DNA of 64,000 nt, taken from Acidobacteriota bacterium. GTDB taxonomy: Bacteria > Acidobacteriota > UBA890 > WLXD01. The position numbers were made by a program, and so were the translations under genes. Shown here piece after piece: positions 10,654 to 20,525 of this stretch; position 1 is the first letter of the stretch, and every line of letters begins with the position of its first letter. The stretch spans positions 288,001 to 352,000 of the forward strand of contig CBDBHB010000007.1 in assembly GCA_965205505.1 (NCBI GenBank), in the 5' to 3' direction. A model generated the notes under the pieces. That model worked only from the letters and a program-made list of their open reading frames with translations, did no database searches and was not told where the DNA came from.

Positions 10654-12339
10654 ATGAAATCCCGAGCGACGATGAAGCATCGGTCGACGGAGCCTACCAA
10701 GCGGAGGTTCCTGGCCGGTGTGCTGATCACTGGTTTCCTTGCGGGGGGCGGCCACCTCGTAGGAGCCAGCCTCGGTGCCCAGGCGAGCCCCGTGACCTCG
10801 GACGCCGTCGCCCCTGCCGGGACCGGAGAACCACCCACGTCATGGCCGCGACCACCCGGCATGCCGACGCGACAGCTCACGGTGCACGGTGATCCGCCCG
10901 ATCCGACGGAGGTGTCGGACGAGCTCAAGCGCGTCTATCGACACATCGACGCCAACTTCGGCACCCACGTGGACCGTCTGCGCGAGTGGATCAAGATCCC
11001 CAGCATTTCGAACCTCGTGGAAGGACAGCCGGGGATCTGGGACTCTGCGCTCTTCCTGCGCGATCTGATCACCGAGGCCCTCGGTTGCCAGGCGGAGATT
11101 CACCATCCCGGCATCGGTGACTGGGGAACACCCGGCAACCCGGTCGTTTACGGGCGCTGCGATGTCGGCGCCGAGAAGACCATCATCGACTACGTGATGG
11201 CCGACGTGATGCCGATCTGGCCCGAGGAAGACTGGCCGGCGCCCCCCTTCGGTGGGCAGATCATCGAGAAGCCACCGTACAAGAGGGTGTTGGTGGGACG
11301 CGGCGCCAGTAACCAGAAGGGCCACGAAATGGCGCAGCTCAACGCGCTGATCTCGATCAAGGCGACGACCGGCACGCTGCCCGTGAACATGATCTTCATC
11401 GTCGACCACGACGAGGAGCGCGCCGAGATCGGTATCCGGTCCTTCATGATGAAGCACCCGGAGCTCTTCGAGGCGGATGCCGTCTTCGGCCTCGGGGCGG
11501 GCCAGGGGTCGAACGGCCAGGGCCGCGTCGGTGGCGCGGCCTCGATCGGCAATCTGGTCTTCGACCTGGAGACCCATCCGCTCGCCGGCCTCAACGCTTC
11601 AGACGGTATGTCACCGGGCGTCGGGCTCTGGCTCCCGGAGCAACCGATGTGGCGGCACATGCAGATGCTGCAGGTCTTTGCCGAAGACTCCGAGCTGCGC
11701 CGGCAGATGGCGGAAGGCGTGATCCAACCGTCTCCCCCGGAGATGGAGTACCTCCGCCGTCGCGCCGAGGCGAGCGGTAGGAGCTTCGAGGAGATCCTCA
11801 GGGTCCGCACCGGCGTTCGGGTGGCTATCATGGGGACCTGGGGTGGCAACATGGTGCCCGGATACGCTGGACATCACCGGCCGCCGGTCGCCGCATCGAA
11901 GATGGACATCCGCTACCCACCGAACGGCGACGGCGAAGTCCTCGCCGAGTTGATCCGCGACTATCTCGACGATCACGGCTATGCGGATGTCAAGATGAAC
12001 GTCATCGGCGATGTTCCCTGGTCGTACGCCAATACGGACACCGAGATCGCCGACGCCATCCGCGCGATGTACCGCCAGTTCGACGTCCCCTTCGATGAAC
12101 CGCCCACGGGAGACTTCCTCGGTACCGCAACGGCGCGGTGGCCGGACTACCTGTTCACGCGCATGCCGTTGCAGTTACCGACCGCCCGCGGCGGCCTCGG
12201 CTACGGAACGGGAGCCCATTTCCATCCGGAGGGCGAGTATTACGTCATCGAGGGGGACGGCGAGCGAGTGTACGGGTTTGCCGGGGCGATGAAGAGTTAC
12301 GCGACGACGCTTTACAACTATGCGGGACTCAACCCTTGA
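10654..12339 (+). CDS. M20/M25/M40 family metallopeptidase-like protein (divergent)
   Basis: LREWIKIPSIS, GNPVVYG, GRGASNQKG, DEE, KMDIRYPP, GAH. Some canonical metal ligands appear substituted. Confidence 0.7.
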   Translation: MKSRATMKHRSTEPTKRRFLAGVLITGFLAGGGHLVGASLGAQASPVTSDAVAPAGTGEPPTSWPRPPGMPTRQLTVHGDPPDPTEVSDELKRVYRHIDANFGTHVDRLREWIKIPSISNLVEGQPGIWDSALFLRDLITEALGCQAEIHHPGIGDWGTPGNPVVYGRCDVGAEKTIIDYVMADVMPIWPEEDWPAPPFGGQIIEKPPYKRVLVGRGASNQKGHEMAQLNALISIKATTGTLPVNMIFIVDHDEERAEIGIRSFMMKHPELFEADAVFGLGAGQGSNGQGRVGGAASIGNLVFDLETHPLAGLNASDGMSPGVGLWLPEQPMWRHMQMLQVFAEDSELRRQMAEGVIQPSPPEMEYLRRRAEASGRSFEEILRVRTGVRVAIMGTWGGNMVPGYAGHHRPPVAASKMDIRYPPNGDGEVLAELIRDYLDDHGYADVKMNVIGDVPWSYANTDTEIADAIRAMYRQFDVPFDEPPTGDFLGTATARWPDYLFTRMPLQLPTARGGLGYGTGAHFHPEGEYYVIEGDGERVYGFAGAMKSYATTLYNYAGLNP

Positions 12340-12506
12340 TCTATCGTTGCCCACCTCCTGCTCCTGCGAGTCGAATCAGGTTTCTCGTACGGACAGAGGT
12401 CTTCAGTAGGGACAGGTGTGGAGATGCACCGGCCGCTCGAGTCCACCGGGATGCCGACGCACTTCTATCTCGCCCCTCGCAAGGGCGGGTTCGCCGAGCT
12501 TCGCTG

Positions 12507-12839
12507 TCAGGCGTCGGGCATGATCCTGACCTTGAGCTGCAGCAGCACGAACGCGACGGCCATGCCCTGGATGCCGGTCGCAACGCCGTCGAGCACTGCA
12601 TTCACCCAGACACCGACGACTGGGATGGCGTCCAGACTGTTGGAGAAGACGGGGAGTGCCAAGGCGGCGACGTAGATTGCCGTCCGTTGGTTGACATCAG
12701 GACTCTCGCCCATCACACCTGCAAGCAAACCGAGGATGACGAGGGCGAGTCCCACGTACGGGACCGCGTCGGCAACGGCCGGGATGGTTCCCAAGATCGC
12801 GACGACTACGATCAGGGATATGAGGATACGTTCGGACAT
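12507..12839 (-). CDS. Small integral membrane protein, unknown function
   Basis: 110 aa with about 4 hydrophobic segments; AGGAG upstream. Confidence 0.65.
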   Translation of the reverse strand: MSERILISLIVVVAILGTIPAVADAVPYVGLALVILGLLAGVMGESPDVNQRTAIYVAALALPVFSNSLDAIPVVGVWVNAVLDGVATGIQGMAVAFVLLQLKVRIMPDA

Positions 12840-13119
12840 TCTCAGATGCTCCTGTCACTGCGCTTCCGCGACCAACGCGAAAACGTGAGCTTCGAAAGCC
12901 ACCAGCGAGCCTAGGGGAGCCGGTGACATGGGTGCAGCTACCAGCGGGAGGTGGGTGAACGCCTGAAGCCTATCGCCAGAGCGCACAAGATCCAACTGGG
13001 AGGGGACCCGTGCAGCATCTCCCTCCCGGACTCCGAGCCACGCAACAATCCGAGTGCACCCGGAGTGTGCGCTCATGAGCGCCTACGCACGCTCACCAGC
13101 GCTCACCCACCTCCAGACC

Positions 13120-15819
13120 CTACTCCGACCGCATCGCCACCAGCGGATCCACCCGCGTGGCCCGCCGTGCCGGCAGATAGCTCGCCACCAGCCCGGTCGC
13201 CGTCAGGATGACCACGATGCCGCCGAACACGACCGGGTCGAGCGGCTGCACGTCGTACAGCACGAACGACAGCAAGCGCCCCAATCCGGCCGCCAGCAGG
13301 AGCCCAATGACGGTTCCCGTCACCAGCTGCCGCAATCCCTGGCGCATCACCAGGCACACCACATCGCCGGGTGCCGCCCCCAGGGCGACGCGAAGGCCTA
13401 CCTCGTGGGTTCGCTGGCTGACCGAGAACGCCAGTACGCCATAGAGCCCGACGGTGGCAAGGAACAGTGCGGCGGCGCCGAAGATGGTGAACATGACGCC
13501 GAAGATGCGCAGAAATTGCTGGGTGTTGTTGATCGCCACCCGGAGCGTCGACACCCCCGAGATCGGCAGATCGGGGTCGATGGCGGTCACCGCTTTGCGC
13601 ACAGCATCGGTCAGCTCCAGCGGATCACCGATGCTACGCACCATCACGCTTGCTGCGGAGGCTGGCCGTTGGGCAAACGGCGTATAGATCGCCTCCACGC
13701 CGAGAATGAAAAGCTGGGCGTCGAGGTACAGATCGGGCACCACCCCGACGATCGTGTACCAGATGTCATCGTCGCGCTCGGTCTGGCCCGTGGTGAGTAC
13801 CCCTCGTATCGACACCCGCCGCTCGATGGCCGACTCGTTTGCAAAGTGTGTCGCGACGAAGGCCTGGTTCACGATTGCCACCGGCATCCCGTCGGCGTTA
13901 TCGGCCATGGTGAACGCACGACCCTCCAGGACGGGCGCTTCGAGGCTCGCGAAGTAGTCGGGGTCGACGGAGCCGATCCGGGCGCTTGGATAGTCACGAT
14001 CGGCCTGATACGTCTGCCCTTCGATCGCATAGCGCCCGTTGTCGAAGCCAACGACCGGAAGGTCGGTGGCGATCGATGCGGCCTCGGCACCTGGAATGGC
14101 GTGCAAGCGACTACCTAGCTCCTCGAAGAACTGCCGCTGCGTGATCGCGTCGGGGTAGCCCGACGGCGGCCGCGCCACCTGCGCTGTAAGCAAGCCATCG
14201 ACCTCGAACGGGTAGTCGATGCTGGACAAGTTGGTGACGCTGCGCACCATCAGCCCGGCCGCCACCAGCAAAGCGCAGCAGAACGCCACCTCCACCACGA
14301 CAAGAGCTCGGCTGAGCCTGCCGATGCGAAGGCTCGATCCACCGCGGGTGACGTCTTTGAGCACATCGCTCAGATCGGCGCCCGACGCCTGCACGGCCGG
14401 CAATAGCCCGGACAATAGGCTGGCGGCACCGGTCAAACCGACGACGAACAGCAGCACATCGGGATCGATGCTGATGTCGAACCAGAAGGGTAGGCTCCCA
14501 GGTAGTGCCGTCAGCGCACGGTTGAACAGGTCGATCCCCAGTTTGCCGAGCCCGATACCTACCAGCGCTCCGAGGCTGGCAATCATCGCCGCTTCCATCA
14601 GCAGCTGACCGAACACGCGTGCCCGGCTCGCACCGAGCGCGCTGCAAACGGCGACCTCCTTGCTGCGTAAGCTGGCGCGCGCCAGCAAGAGGTTGGCGAC
14701 GTTGGCGCAGGCAATGACGAGCACCAGCGCCACCGCACCGAGCATGGTGAAGAGAAATTGCGGTATCTGGTATCCGATGATCTCGCGCACGTACAGGCCG
14801 ATGATCATCGTCATTCCCTCGTTGGTCTCCGGGTACTCCTCGCCGAGACCACCCATGATGCGCTCGAGATCGCCCTGCGCCTGGACCATCGTCACCCCGT
14901 CCGCCAAGCGCCCAACCATCAAGAGGCTGGGGCCGTCGCTGCGCCCGAGGGCGTCGATGTCGACCTGCAGCGGCAGCCAGAGTTGCTGGTTGAACGGGAA
15001 CTCGAATCCCTCGGGCATCACCCCGATCACCGTCGTCTGGGCGCCGTTCACCCGCAACGTGCTGCCCACCACGTCGGACGCCCCGCTCAGCCGGTCCTGC
15101 CAGAATCGGTACCCGACAACCACTACCGGCGGCCCCCCGGGTGCCTCCTCGTCGAGCGAGAACGTTCGCCCGCGCGCCGGGGTTGTTCCCAGCAACGTAA
15201 ACATGTTGGCGGTCACCGAGGCGGCGTTGAGAAACTCCGGGTCTTGCCCCGGCGGACTGACATTGGCTGGCACGCTCTCCATGCCGGCGAGGTACTCGAA
15301 GGTCGTCTGTCTCTCGACCAGGTCGCGATAGTCGTGGATACGTCCGATCAGGCGACTCGGACCCTCAGACAGATTCACGCGGTTGAGCGCCACGACCTCG
15401 TGCGGCTCGTCGAACGGCAACCCCTTGAGCATGACGCCGTTGATGATGCTGAACATCGCGGTGGTCAGGCCGATTCCCAATCCCATGGCAAGGACCGCGA
15501 TCATGGCGAGCCCCGGCTTGTGAACCAGCCGGCGGAAGACGGTACGCAGGTCGGCGACGAGGTTGCTCATGGCGGGTGTTTCCTCGGAGGGGGAAAGGAC
15601 CCGCGACCGGCGAGGCGGTCCATACGTCAACCAGACACGGGGTAGTGCGAAGGCCAGGTCACGAAACAACACGCTCGCCAGTCGGCCGGGGCGGCGGCCG
15701 TCGCGGTACAGCTCGTCACGCCGTGACTGCATGGCGGCCAGCACTTCGTCGCCGTAGCGACGGCGGAAGCGGCGTGGATACAGCGCCAGGAGGATGCCGA
15801 AGAGAAGCGGTGACTGCAT
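13120..15819 (-). CDS. Duplicated orphan ABC permease (ADOP, MacB/FtsX x2)
   Basis: LGIGLTTAMFS, LVIACANVANLLLAR, LGASRARV, GLYGVLAFSVSQRTHEVGLRVALGA, PARRATRVDP. Confidence 0.9.
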   Translation of the reverse strand: MQSPLLFGILLALYPRRFRRRYGDEVLAAMQSRRDELYRDGRRPGRLASVLFRDLAFALPRVWLTYGPPRRSRVLSPSEETPAMSNLVADLRTVFRRLVHKPGLAMIAVLAMGLGIGLTTAMFSIINGVMLKGLPFDEPHEVVALNRVNLSEGPSRLIGRIHDYRDLVERQTTFEYLAGMESVPANVSPPGQDPEFLNAASVTANMFTLLGTTPARGRTFSLDEEAPGGPPVVVVGYRFWQDRLSGASDVVGSTLRVNGAQTTVIGVMPEGFEFPFNQQLWLPLQVDIDALGRSDGPSLLMVGRLADGVTMVQAQGDLERIMGGLGEEYPETNEGMTMIIGLYVREIIGYQIPQFLFTMLGAVALVLVIACANVANLLLARASLRSKEVAVCSALGASRARVFGQLLMEAAMIASLGALVGIGLGKLGIDLFNRALTALPGSLPFWFDISIDPDVLLFVVGLTGAASLLSGLLPAVQASGADLSDVLKDVTRGGSSLRIGRLSRALVVVEVAFCCALLVAAGLMVRSVTNLSSIDYPFEVDGLLTAQVARPPSGYPDAITQRQFFEELGSRLHAIPGAEAASIATDLPVVGFDNGRYAIEGQTYQADRDYPSARIGSVDPDYFASLEAPVLEGRAFTMADNADGMPVAIVNQAFVATHFANESAIERRVSIRGVLTTGQTERDDDIWYTIVGVVPDLYLDAQLFILGVEAIYTPFAQRPASAASVMVRSIGDPLELTDAVRKAVTAIDPDLPISGVSTLRVAINNTQQFLRIFGVMFTIFGAAALFLATVGLYGVLAFSVSQRTHEVGLRVALGAAPGDVVCLVMRQGLRQLVTGTVIGLLLAAGLGRLLSFVLYDVQPLDPVVFGGIVVILTATGLVASYLPARRATRVDPLVAMRSE

Positions 15820-15834
15820 CGGCTCGTAGTGTCC

Positions 15835-16173
15835 CTAGAGGACTCGCTTGGCGCGAGCGAAGCTCAGCACCTTGGACAGCGTCTCGGTCTCGCGGCGGAG
15901 CGTGGTGCGGCCGAGATCGGTCAGTCGATAGTAGCGGCGCCGGCCGTGGGCTCTCTCGGCGGGGCGGCGGGATTCCTCGATCAAACCGGCGTCGGCGAGG
16001 CGTCCCAACGACCAGTAAAGCGACCCGGGCCCGAGATCGATGCTGCCCTCGGAGCGCTCGGCCACCTCCTTGGCCATCGCGTAGCCATGACCCTCGCCGT
16101 CGACGAGGGTCAGCAGCAGGAAGAAAAAGGCGGGCGTGATGCGGATTGAGGTCTCAGGGCCGGTGGGGCTCAT
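15835..16173 (-). CDS. PadR family transcriptional regulator
   Basis: HGYAMAKEV, GPGSLYWSLGRL..AGLIEE, RRRYYRLTDLG; directly upstream of the permease. Confidence 0.9.
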   Translation of the reverse strand: MSPTGPETSIRITPAFFFLLLTLVDGEGHGYAMAKEVAERSEGSIDLGPGSLYWSLGRLADAGLIEESRRPAERAHGRRRYYRLTDLGRTTLRRETETLSKVLSFARAKRVL

Positions 16174-16185
16174 GCGGCGCCGCTC

Positions 16186-16215
16186 CTACAGAAACTGTTA
16201 TGTCGGTTTCTGTAG
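16186..16215. promoter_or_regulatory. Inverted repeat, candidate PadR operator
   Basis: CTACAGAAAC-N10-GTTTCTGTAG perfect 10-bp inverted repeat just upstream of the padR start. Confidence 0.45.
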
Positions 16216-16363
16216 TAATGACGGTGGCGATGCGGTTGAGTTTCGAATTTTCCTCTCCACCTGCGACGGGTCCTCAGATCCCCTGCTCCGGACGAGTCGC
16301 TGGCATCGTAACATCGAACGCCAAACCGGGCGCTCGGAAGAAGCCCAAAGCTGGAGAATGGAC

Positions 16364-16843
16364 ATGGGAGATGTCGTCTACCGGTCGGAGATCGCCCTGA
16401 CGCGAAACAGCGGCCCACTGCGAACCGCAACGATGCCCGCCGGCGAGTCGGTGGAGTTCGGCGTGCACGGCGCCATCGCCGAGCACTATGGGGTCTCGAT
16501 GACCAACCTCTCTCCGGTCAGCACGACGCTCGATTACGTCGTCGCCGCAGCCGCCGGCTGAATGACAGGTACCTTCGGCGGTGCGCTGGAGAAGCGAGGT
16601 GTATTGGCGGGTGAAGGTCGACTGCGATCGAGCACCGTCGGCGAGATCGAGTTAGACGGCGGTACGTTGGTGATCCGTCGTATTCACGTGAGGTATCACC
16701 TCAGCGCCGACGCCGACGCCGACGCCGACCGCACCGTGATCGACCGGGTCATGGAAGTGCATCCAGGCGGCTGCCCGGTCTACCGGAGCCTCCACCCGCA
16801 GATCGAGATCACAGCATCGCTCGACCTCGAGACGGCGGACTGA
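16364..16843 (+). CDS. OsmC/Ohr-like protein, putative selenoprotein (in-frame TGA 16559-16561)
   Basis: GGAG RBS; TLDYVVAAAAG-[TGA]-MTGTF continues in frame to GCPVYRSL. The TGA sits at the first conserved OsmC Cys, with a hairpin starting 11 nt downstream. Confidence 0.8.
16573..16591 (+). promoter_or_regulatory. Candidate bacterial SECIS hairpin
   Basis: CUUCGGCG-GUG-CGCUGGAG: 8 pairs including 2 GU, GU in the loop, 11 nt after UGA. Confidence 0.6.
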
Positions 16844-16925
16844 CCTTCTAGCAGGGCGCGGTGGTCCCACGATCCGAGCCACAACGCTTGATGCAGGACC
16901 GCCTGTTTGCAGTCGGCACCCGCTG

Positions 16926-17909
16926 TCAGAGCCAGCCGTGCTGCCGATACCAGTCCGCAGTGTCTTCGAACCCATGAGCCGCGTCGATTCGCGCCACGTG
17001 ACCCACGGCGCGCTCGATCTTCGCCACCTCGCAGACAAGTCCGGGAGCACCGAGCTCGCGCAGGCGATCGCGGTTTAGCAGCGCCGGCCGTCCGGTGAGT
17101 CGGCCACTGAGCTCACCGGCCTCGGCGAGGGCGTACAACAGCCACCGTGGCACCGGAACCACGCGTACACGACGGTCGTAGGCCTCCGAGAGCAACCGGG
17201 CGAAGTCGACTTGCCGGACCGGCTCCGAGTGACCGACGAAGAAAGTCTCGCCCATGACGACGTCGTTCTCGGCGGCCCCCGTCTCGCCTACCGCCCGCAG
17301 ACCAGCGACGAGGTCGGCGACGTGGATCAGCGTGTAGGCTCTCTCCGCATCGCCGAGCACTGGACACAGGCCGCGCTTGCCGCCGCGGAACAGAGCGAGG
17401 AAGTCGCGGTCTCGTGGACCATAAACGCCCGGCGGTCGGATAATCGCATGTCGCAAGCCTTCGATCTTCTGCACCGCAAGCTCGCCGGCGCGCTTGCTCT
17501 TTCCGTACATGCTCAGCGGCGCGGGCTCGTGTTTCTCAGTGCGCGGCTGCTCGGGGGTGCCTGCGCCGGCGGCGGCCTGACTGGACACGAGCACGAAGAA
17601 AGCACCGGCGCGGCGCGCCGCGAGCGCCGCCTGGCGGGCGCCCTCGTCGTTGACTCGAGCGAACGACACGTAGTCGATGGCGCGCGTCAGCCCGGCCAGG
17701 TGGTAGACAATCGCGGCGCCCTCACAGGCAGCTGTCATGGCGCCCTGGTCGAGCTCGCAATCGACTCGCTGTACGCGGTCCGGAAGGGCGTTGGGACTCG
17801 ACGGGCGCACCACGGCGCGCACTTCCCAACCGGAGTCACGCAGGCTCTCGCCCAGGTTCCACCCGATGAACCCGGTGCCGCCGGTTATGACAGCGATGCT
17901 AGCAGGCAT
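16926..17909 (-). CDS. NAD-dependent epimerase/dehydratase (extended SDR), candidate ceramide reductase
   Basis: TGGTGFIG, HLAG, SSQAAAG, YGKSK, RPPGVYGPRD; follows the Spt and GNAT genes. Confidence 0.8.
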   Translation of the reverse strand: MPASIAVITGGTGFIGWNLGESLRDSGWEVRAVVRPSSPNALPDRVQRVDCELDQGAMTAACEGAAIVYHLAGLTRAIDYVSFARVNDEGARQAALAARRAGAFFVLVSSQAAAGAGTPEQPRTEKHEPAPLSMYGKSKRAGELAVQKIEGLRHAIIRPPGVYGPRDRDFLALFRGGKRGLCPVLGDAERAYTLIHVADLVAGLRAVGETGAAENDVVMGETFFVGHSEPVRQVDFARLLSEAYDRRVRVVPVPRWLLYALAEAGELSGRLTGRPALLNRDRLRELGAPGLVCEVAKIERAVGHVARIDAAHGFEDTADWYRQHGWL

Positions 17910-17977
17910 CAGATTCCTCGACGGGTGCGGCAAGAGCGCCGCCCAGAATCAACGTAACAACCAGCAGGTGGCCGAAC

Positions 17978-19117
17978 CTACAAGCGCTTTTGGTACAGTC
18001 GATAGGTCTTGGAATGCTGGCCGCCGACCAGCCGGATCGCCTTGTTGATGCCGTCGTTGTCTTCCAGGGTCCACCCGCACTCCCCGCCGACCCAGCCAAG
18101 CCTCTCGACGACGCGGATCGAGTGCGCGATCAGGGCGAGCTCGAGGCCCTTTTGGCGATGTTCGGCCACCACTCCCAGAAGCATCAGCCGGCATCGGTCG
18201 ATGATGCTGCTCTTGCGCAGCAGGTGCAAGAAACCGAACGGAAACAGGCGGCCGCGCATGCGCTTGAATACCTGGTTTATGTCCGGAACCGTGAGGCAAA
18301 ACGCGATCGGCTCACCCTCGAGCTCCATGATGAGCGCCAGCTCGAAGTTGAGGATCATCTTCATGTCCTTGGCGGTATGCAGAAACTCCTCCTCGGTGGG
18401 CGCCACGAAACCCCAGTTGTCCACCCAGGCGTCGGAGAAGATACGCAGTATGGTCAGCGCGTCCTTCTCGAAATTCCGCTTGCTCAACTGGCGGATCGTC
18501 GGCTTGGGGTCGAGGCGAGTCTCGATGCGCCGCAGGATCCGCTGGGCGCGCCGGTTGACGCTGGTGTCCATATCGAACCACCAGGTCCAAAGATCCTTCG
18601 CTTTTTCGTAGCCGGCCGCCTCCACCCAACCTGGATAGGTCGCCGGGTTGTGGGTCGTCTGAATGAGCGGATCGAGATCGAAAGGTCCGACTAGCATGCC
18701 CGCCGTATCGTTCAACGAAGGGTTGGCGGGACCACGCAGAGCATCACGACCGCGCTTTCGAGCCCACTCCTCGGCGGCCTCTAGGAGTACACCGGCCACC
18801 TCGGCGTCTTCGGCCTCGAAGAAGCCGAAGAAGCCCAGGTTGTCACCATGCGTCTCGTTGTGCCGGTCGTCGTCGATAGCGGCGATCCGTCCCACCAGCT
18901 TGCCGCCCCGCCACGCCAGATAAAGCTCGATCTCGGCGTGCTGGAAGAACGGGTTCTTGGCGGTATCGAGCAGCTCTCGCTCGGCGAGGATCAGTGGCGG
19001 AACCCAGTTCGGGTCGTCGGCGTACAGGCGGAACGGCAGCTTGATGAACACGTCGCGCTCACGCTTGCTCGTCGCCCGACGAATCGATACCCCGGGTACG
19101 CAAACGGCCTCGGTCAT
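17978..19117 (-). CDS. GNAT-fold acyltransferase, candidate bacterial ceramide synthase
   Basis: LYADDPNWVPPL, NPFFQH, VGRIAA, GFFGFFE, GWTLEDN, KTYRLYQK; directly downstream of Spt. Confidence 0.75.
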   Translation of the reverse strand: MTEAVCVPGVSIRRATSKRERDVFIKLPFRLYADDPNWVPPLILAERELLDTAKNPFFQHAEIELYLAWRGGKLVGRIAAIDDDRHNETHGDNLGFFGFFEAEDAEVAGVLLEAAEEWARKRGRDALRGPANPSLNDTAGMLVGPFDLDPLIQTTHNPATYPGWVEAAGYEKAKDLWTWWFDMDTSVNRRAQRILRRIETRLDPKPTIRQLSKRNFEKDALTILRIFSDAWVDNWGFVAPTEEEFLHTAKDMKMILNFELALIMELEGEPIAFCLTVPDINQVFKRMRGRLFPFGFLHLLRKSSIIDRCRLMLLGVVAEHRQKGLELALIAHSIRVVERLGWVGGECGWTLEDNDGINKAIRLVGGQHSKTYRLYQKRL

Positions 19118-19130
19118 GCGTAGGTCGAGC

Positions 19131-19181
19131 CTATCAGGCCGTGGTGGAAGTGTGGCGGGCCTGGTTACGGCGAGTTGCTAG
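19131..19181. repeat. Truncated left end of CTAG-bounded element (type B)
   Basis: CAGGCCGTGGTGGAAGTGTGGCGGGCCTGGTTACGGCGAGTTG is nearly identical to 57153-57195; the CTAG overlaps the spt stop. Confidence 0.85.
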
Positions 19182-20410
19182 GCAGCCGTACTGATCACGC
19201 CGTGCCGGCGACCGGCGTCGGCGAAGGCGCTCAGCACGCGCTCGATCTCCTCGCGCTTGTGGCTAGCGTTGACCGCCATTCGGATGAGCGCCTCGCCCTC
19301 AGGGACGGCAGGCGGCAACGCCGGCAAAGCGAAGATCCCAGCGTCCCAGACGTCTTTCCACATCGCCATGGCCAGATCGACATCGCCGATCGACACGGGC
19401 ACGATCGGGCCTTCGGAGCCCAAGGTATTGAACCCCAGCCCGCGCAGCCCCTTACGGAACATCATGACGCGCTTCCACAGCCGCTCGCGATGCTCCGGCT
19501 CGCTGGCCAGAATCTCCAGTGCCTTGTGGGTGGTCGCCACTTGGGCCGGAGGCAAAGCTGCGGTGAATACGAACGGCCGCGCCAGGCACTTGATGTAGTC
19601 GACGATCTGGGCGTTGCCGCCGACGAAGCCGCCCACCGAAGCGAACGCTTTCGAGAAAGTGCCGATGACCAGGTCGACCTCGTCCTCGAGGCCGAAGTGG
19701 TTCGCCGTGCCCCGACCATTAGGACCCAGGACACCGGTCGAGTGCGCATCGTCAACGAGAACTCGAGCACCGTAGCGGCGGGCCAGCGCGACGACGCCGG
19801 GCAGATCGGCGATCTCGCCGCTCATCGAGAACACACCGTCCGTGACGATGAGCTTTCCGGCATCGCGATTGGCATCGCGCTTCAGTAGCGACTCCAGATG
19901 ATCCATGTCGCCGTGACGATACTTACGCAGCTCGCCGTAGGAGAGCCGCGCTCCGTCATACAGGCTGGCGTGGTTCTCGCGGTCGAAGTACATGATGTCG
20001 CGACGGCCGACGACAGCGGCCAGAACGCCGAGCGAGCCCAGGAACCCGGTGCTGAATGTCAGCACCGACTCCTTCTTCAGAAACTCCGCCAGGTCTCGCT
20101 CTAAGTTCTCGTGGATGCCCAGCGTGCCGTTGAGGAAGCGTGAGCCCGTGCAGCTCGTTCCGAACTCGCGCAACGCCGGCAAGCCGGCGCTCTGCACGCG
20201 CTCGTCCTGGCTGAGGCCGAGGTAGTCGTTGGAGCAGACCATGATCATCGGCTTGCCGTCGACCGTAACTTCGTTGCCATTCTGGGCCCGAAGCGCCTTG
20301 AAGTACGGGAAGAGCCCCATCTCGCGCAGCTCGTTGGCGCGCGCGTAGTACTTGGAGCTTGTCTTGTCGAAGATGTCCACCTTCATGGCGGTGATTTCGG
20401 CTTGAGCCAT
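19178..20410 (-). CDS. spt: Alpha-oxoamine synthase, most likely serine palmitoyltransferase
   Basis: SNDYLGL, GTSCTGSRFLNGT (SPT-like), NHASLYDG, DGVFSMSG, DDAHS, GTFSKAF PLP lysine; context with GNAT and reductase. Confidence 0.75.
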   Translation of the reverse strand: MAQAEITAMKVDIFDKTSSKYYARANELREMGLFPYFKALRAQNGNEVTVDGKPMIMVCSNDYLGLSQDERVQSAGLPALREFGTSCTGSRFLNGTLGIHENLERDLAEFLKKESVLTFSTGFLGSLGVLAAVVGRRDIMYFDRENHASLYDGARLSYGELRKYRHGDMDHLESLLKRDANRDAGKLIVTDGVFSMSGEIADLPGVVALARRYGARVLVDDAHSTGVLGPNGRGTANHFGLEDEVDLVIGTFSKAFASVGGFVGGNAQIVDYIKCLARPFVFTAALPPAQVATTHKALEILASEPEHRERLWKRVMMFRKGLRGLGFNTLGSEGPIVPVSIGDVDLAMAMWKDVWDAGIFALPALPPAVPEGEALIRMAVNASHKREEIERVLSAFADAGRRHGVISTAA

Positions 20411-20525
20411 TTCAGTCTCGCTCGCTCGAGGAGAGCGTCGACAGCCGGGGCAAAACGCGCTTCGCGCCGGGCATGCCTTCAGATCCTGGCCTGGTAGACA
20501 ACGTCGGGGTGGCGGGAACGCGGAA

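Noticed and set aside
16706-16729. (GCCGAC)4 as a phase-variation tract
   Set aside because: The hexamer keeps the frame and only encodes an AD loop.
19178-20410. BioF or Kbl call for the PLP enzyme
   Set aside because: GSRFLNGT motif and GNAT/reductase context fit Spt better, and no bio or tdh genes are nearby. Not excluded without a phylogeny.
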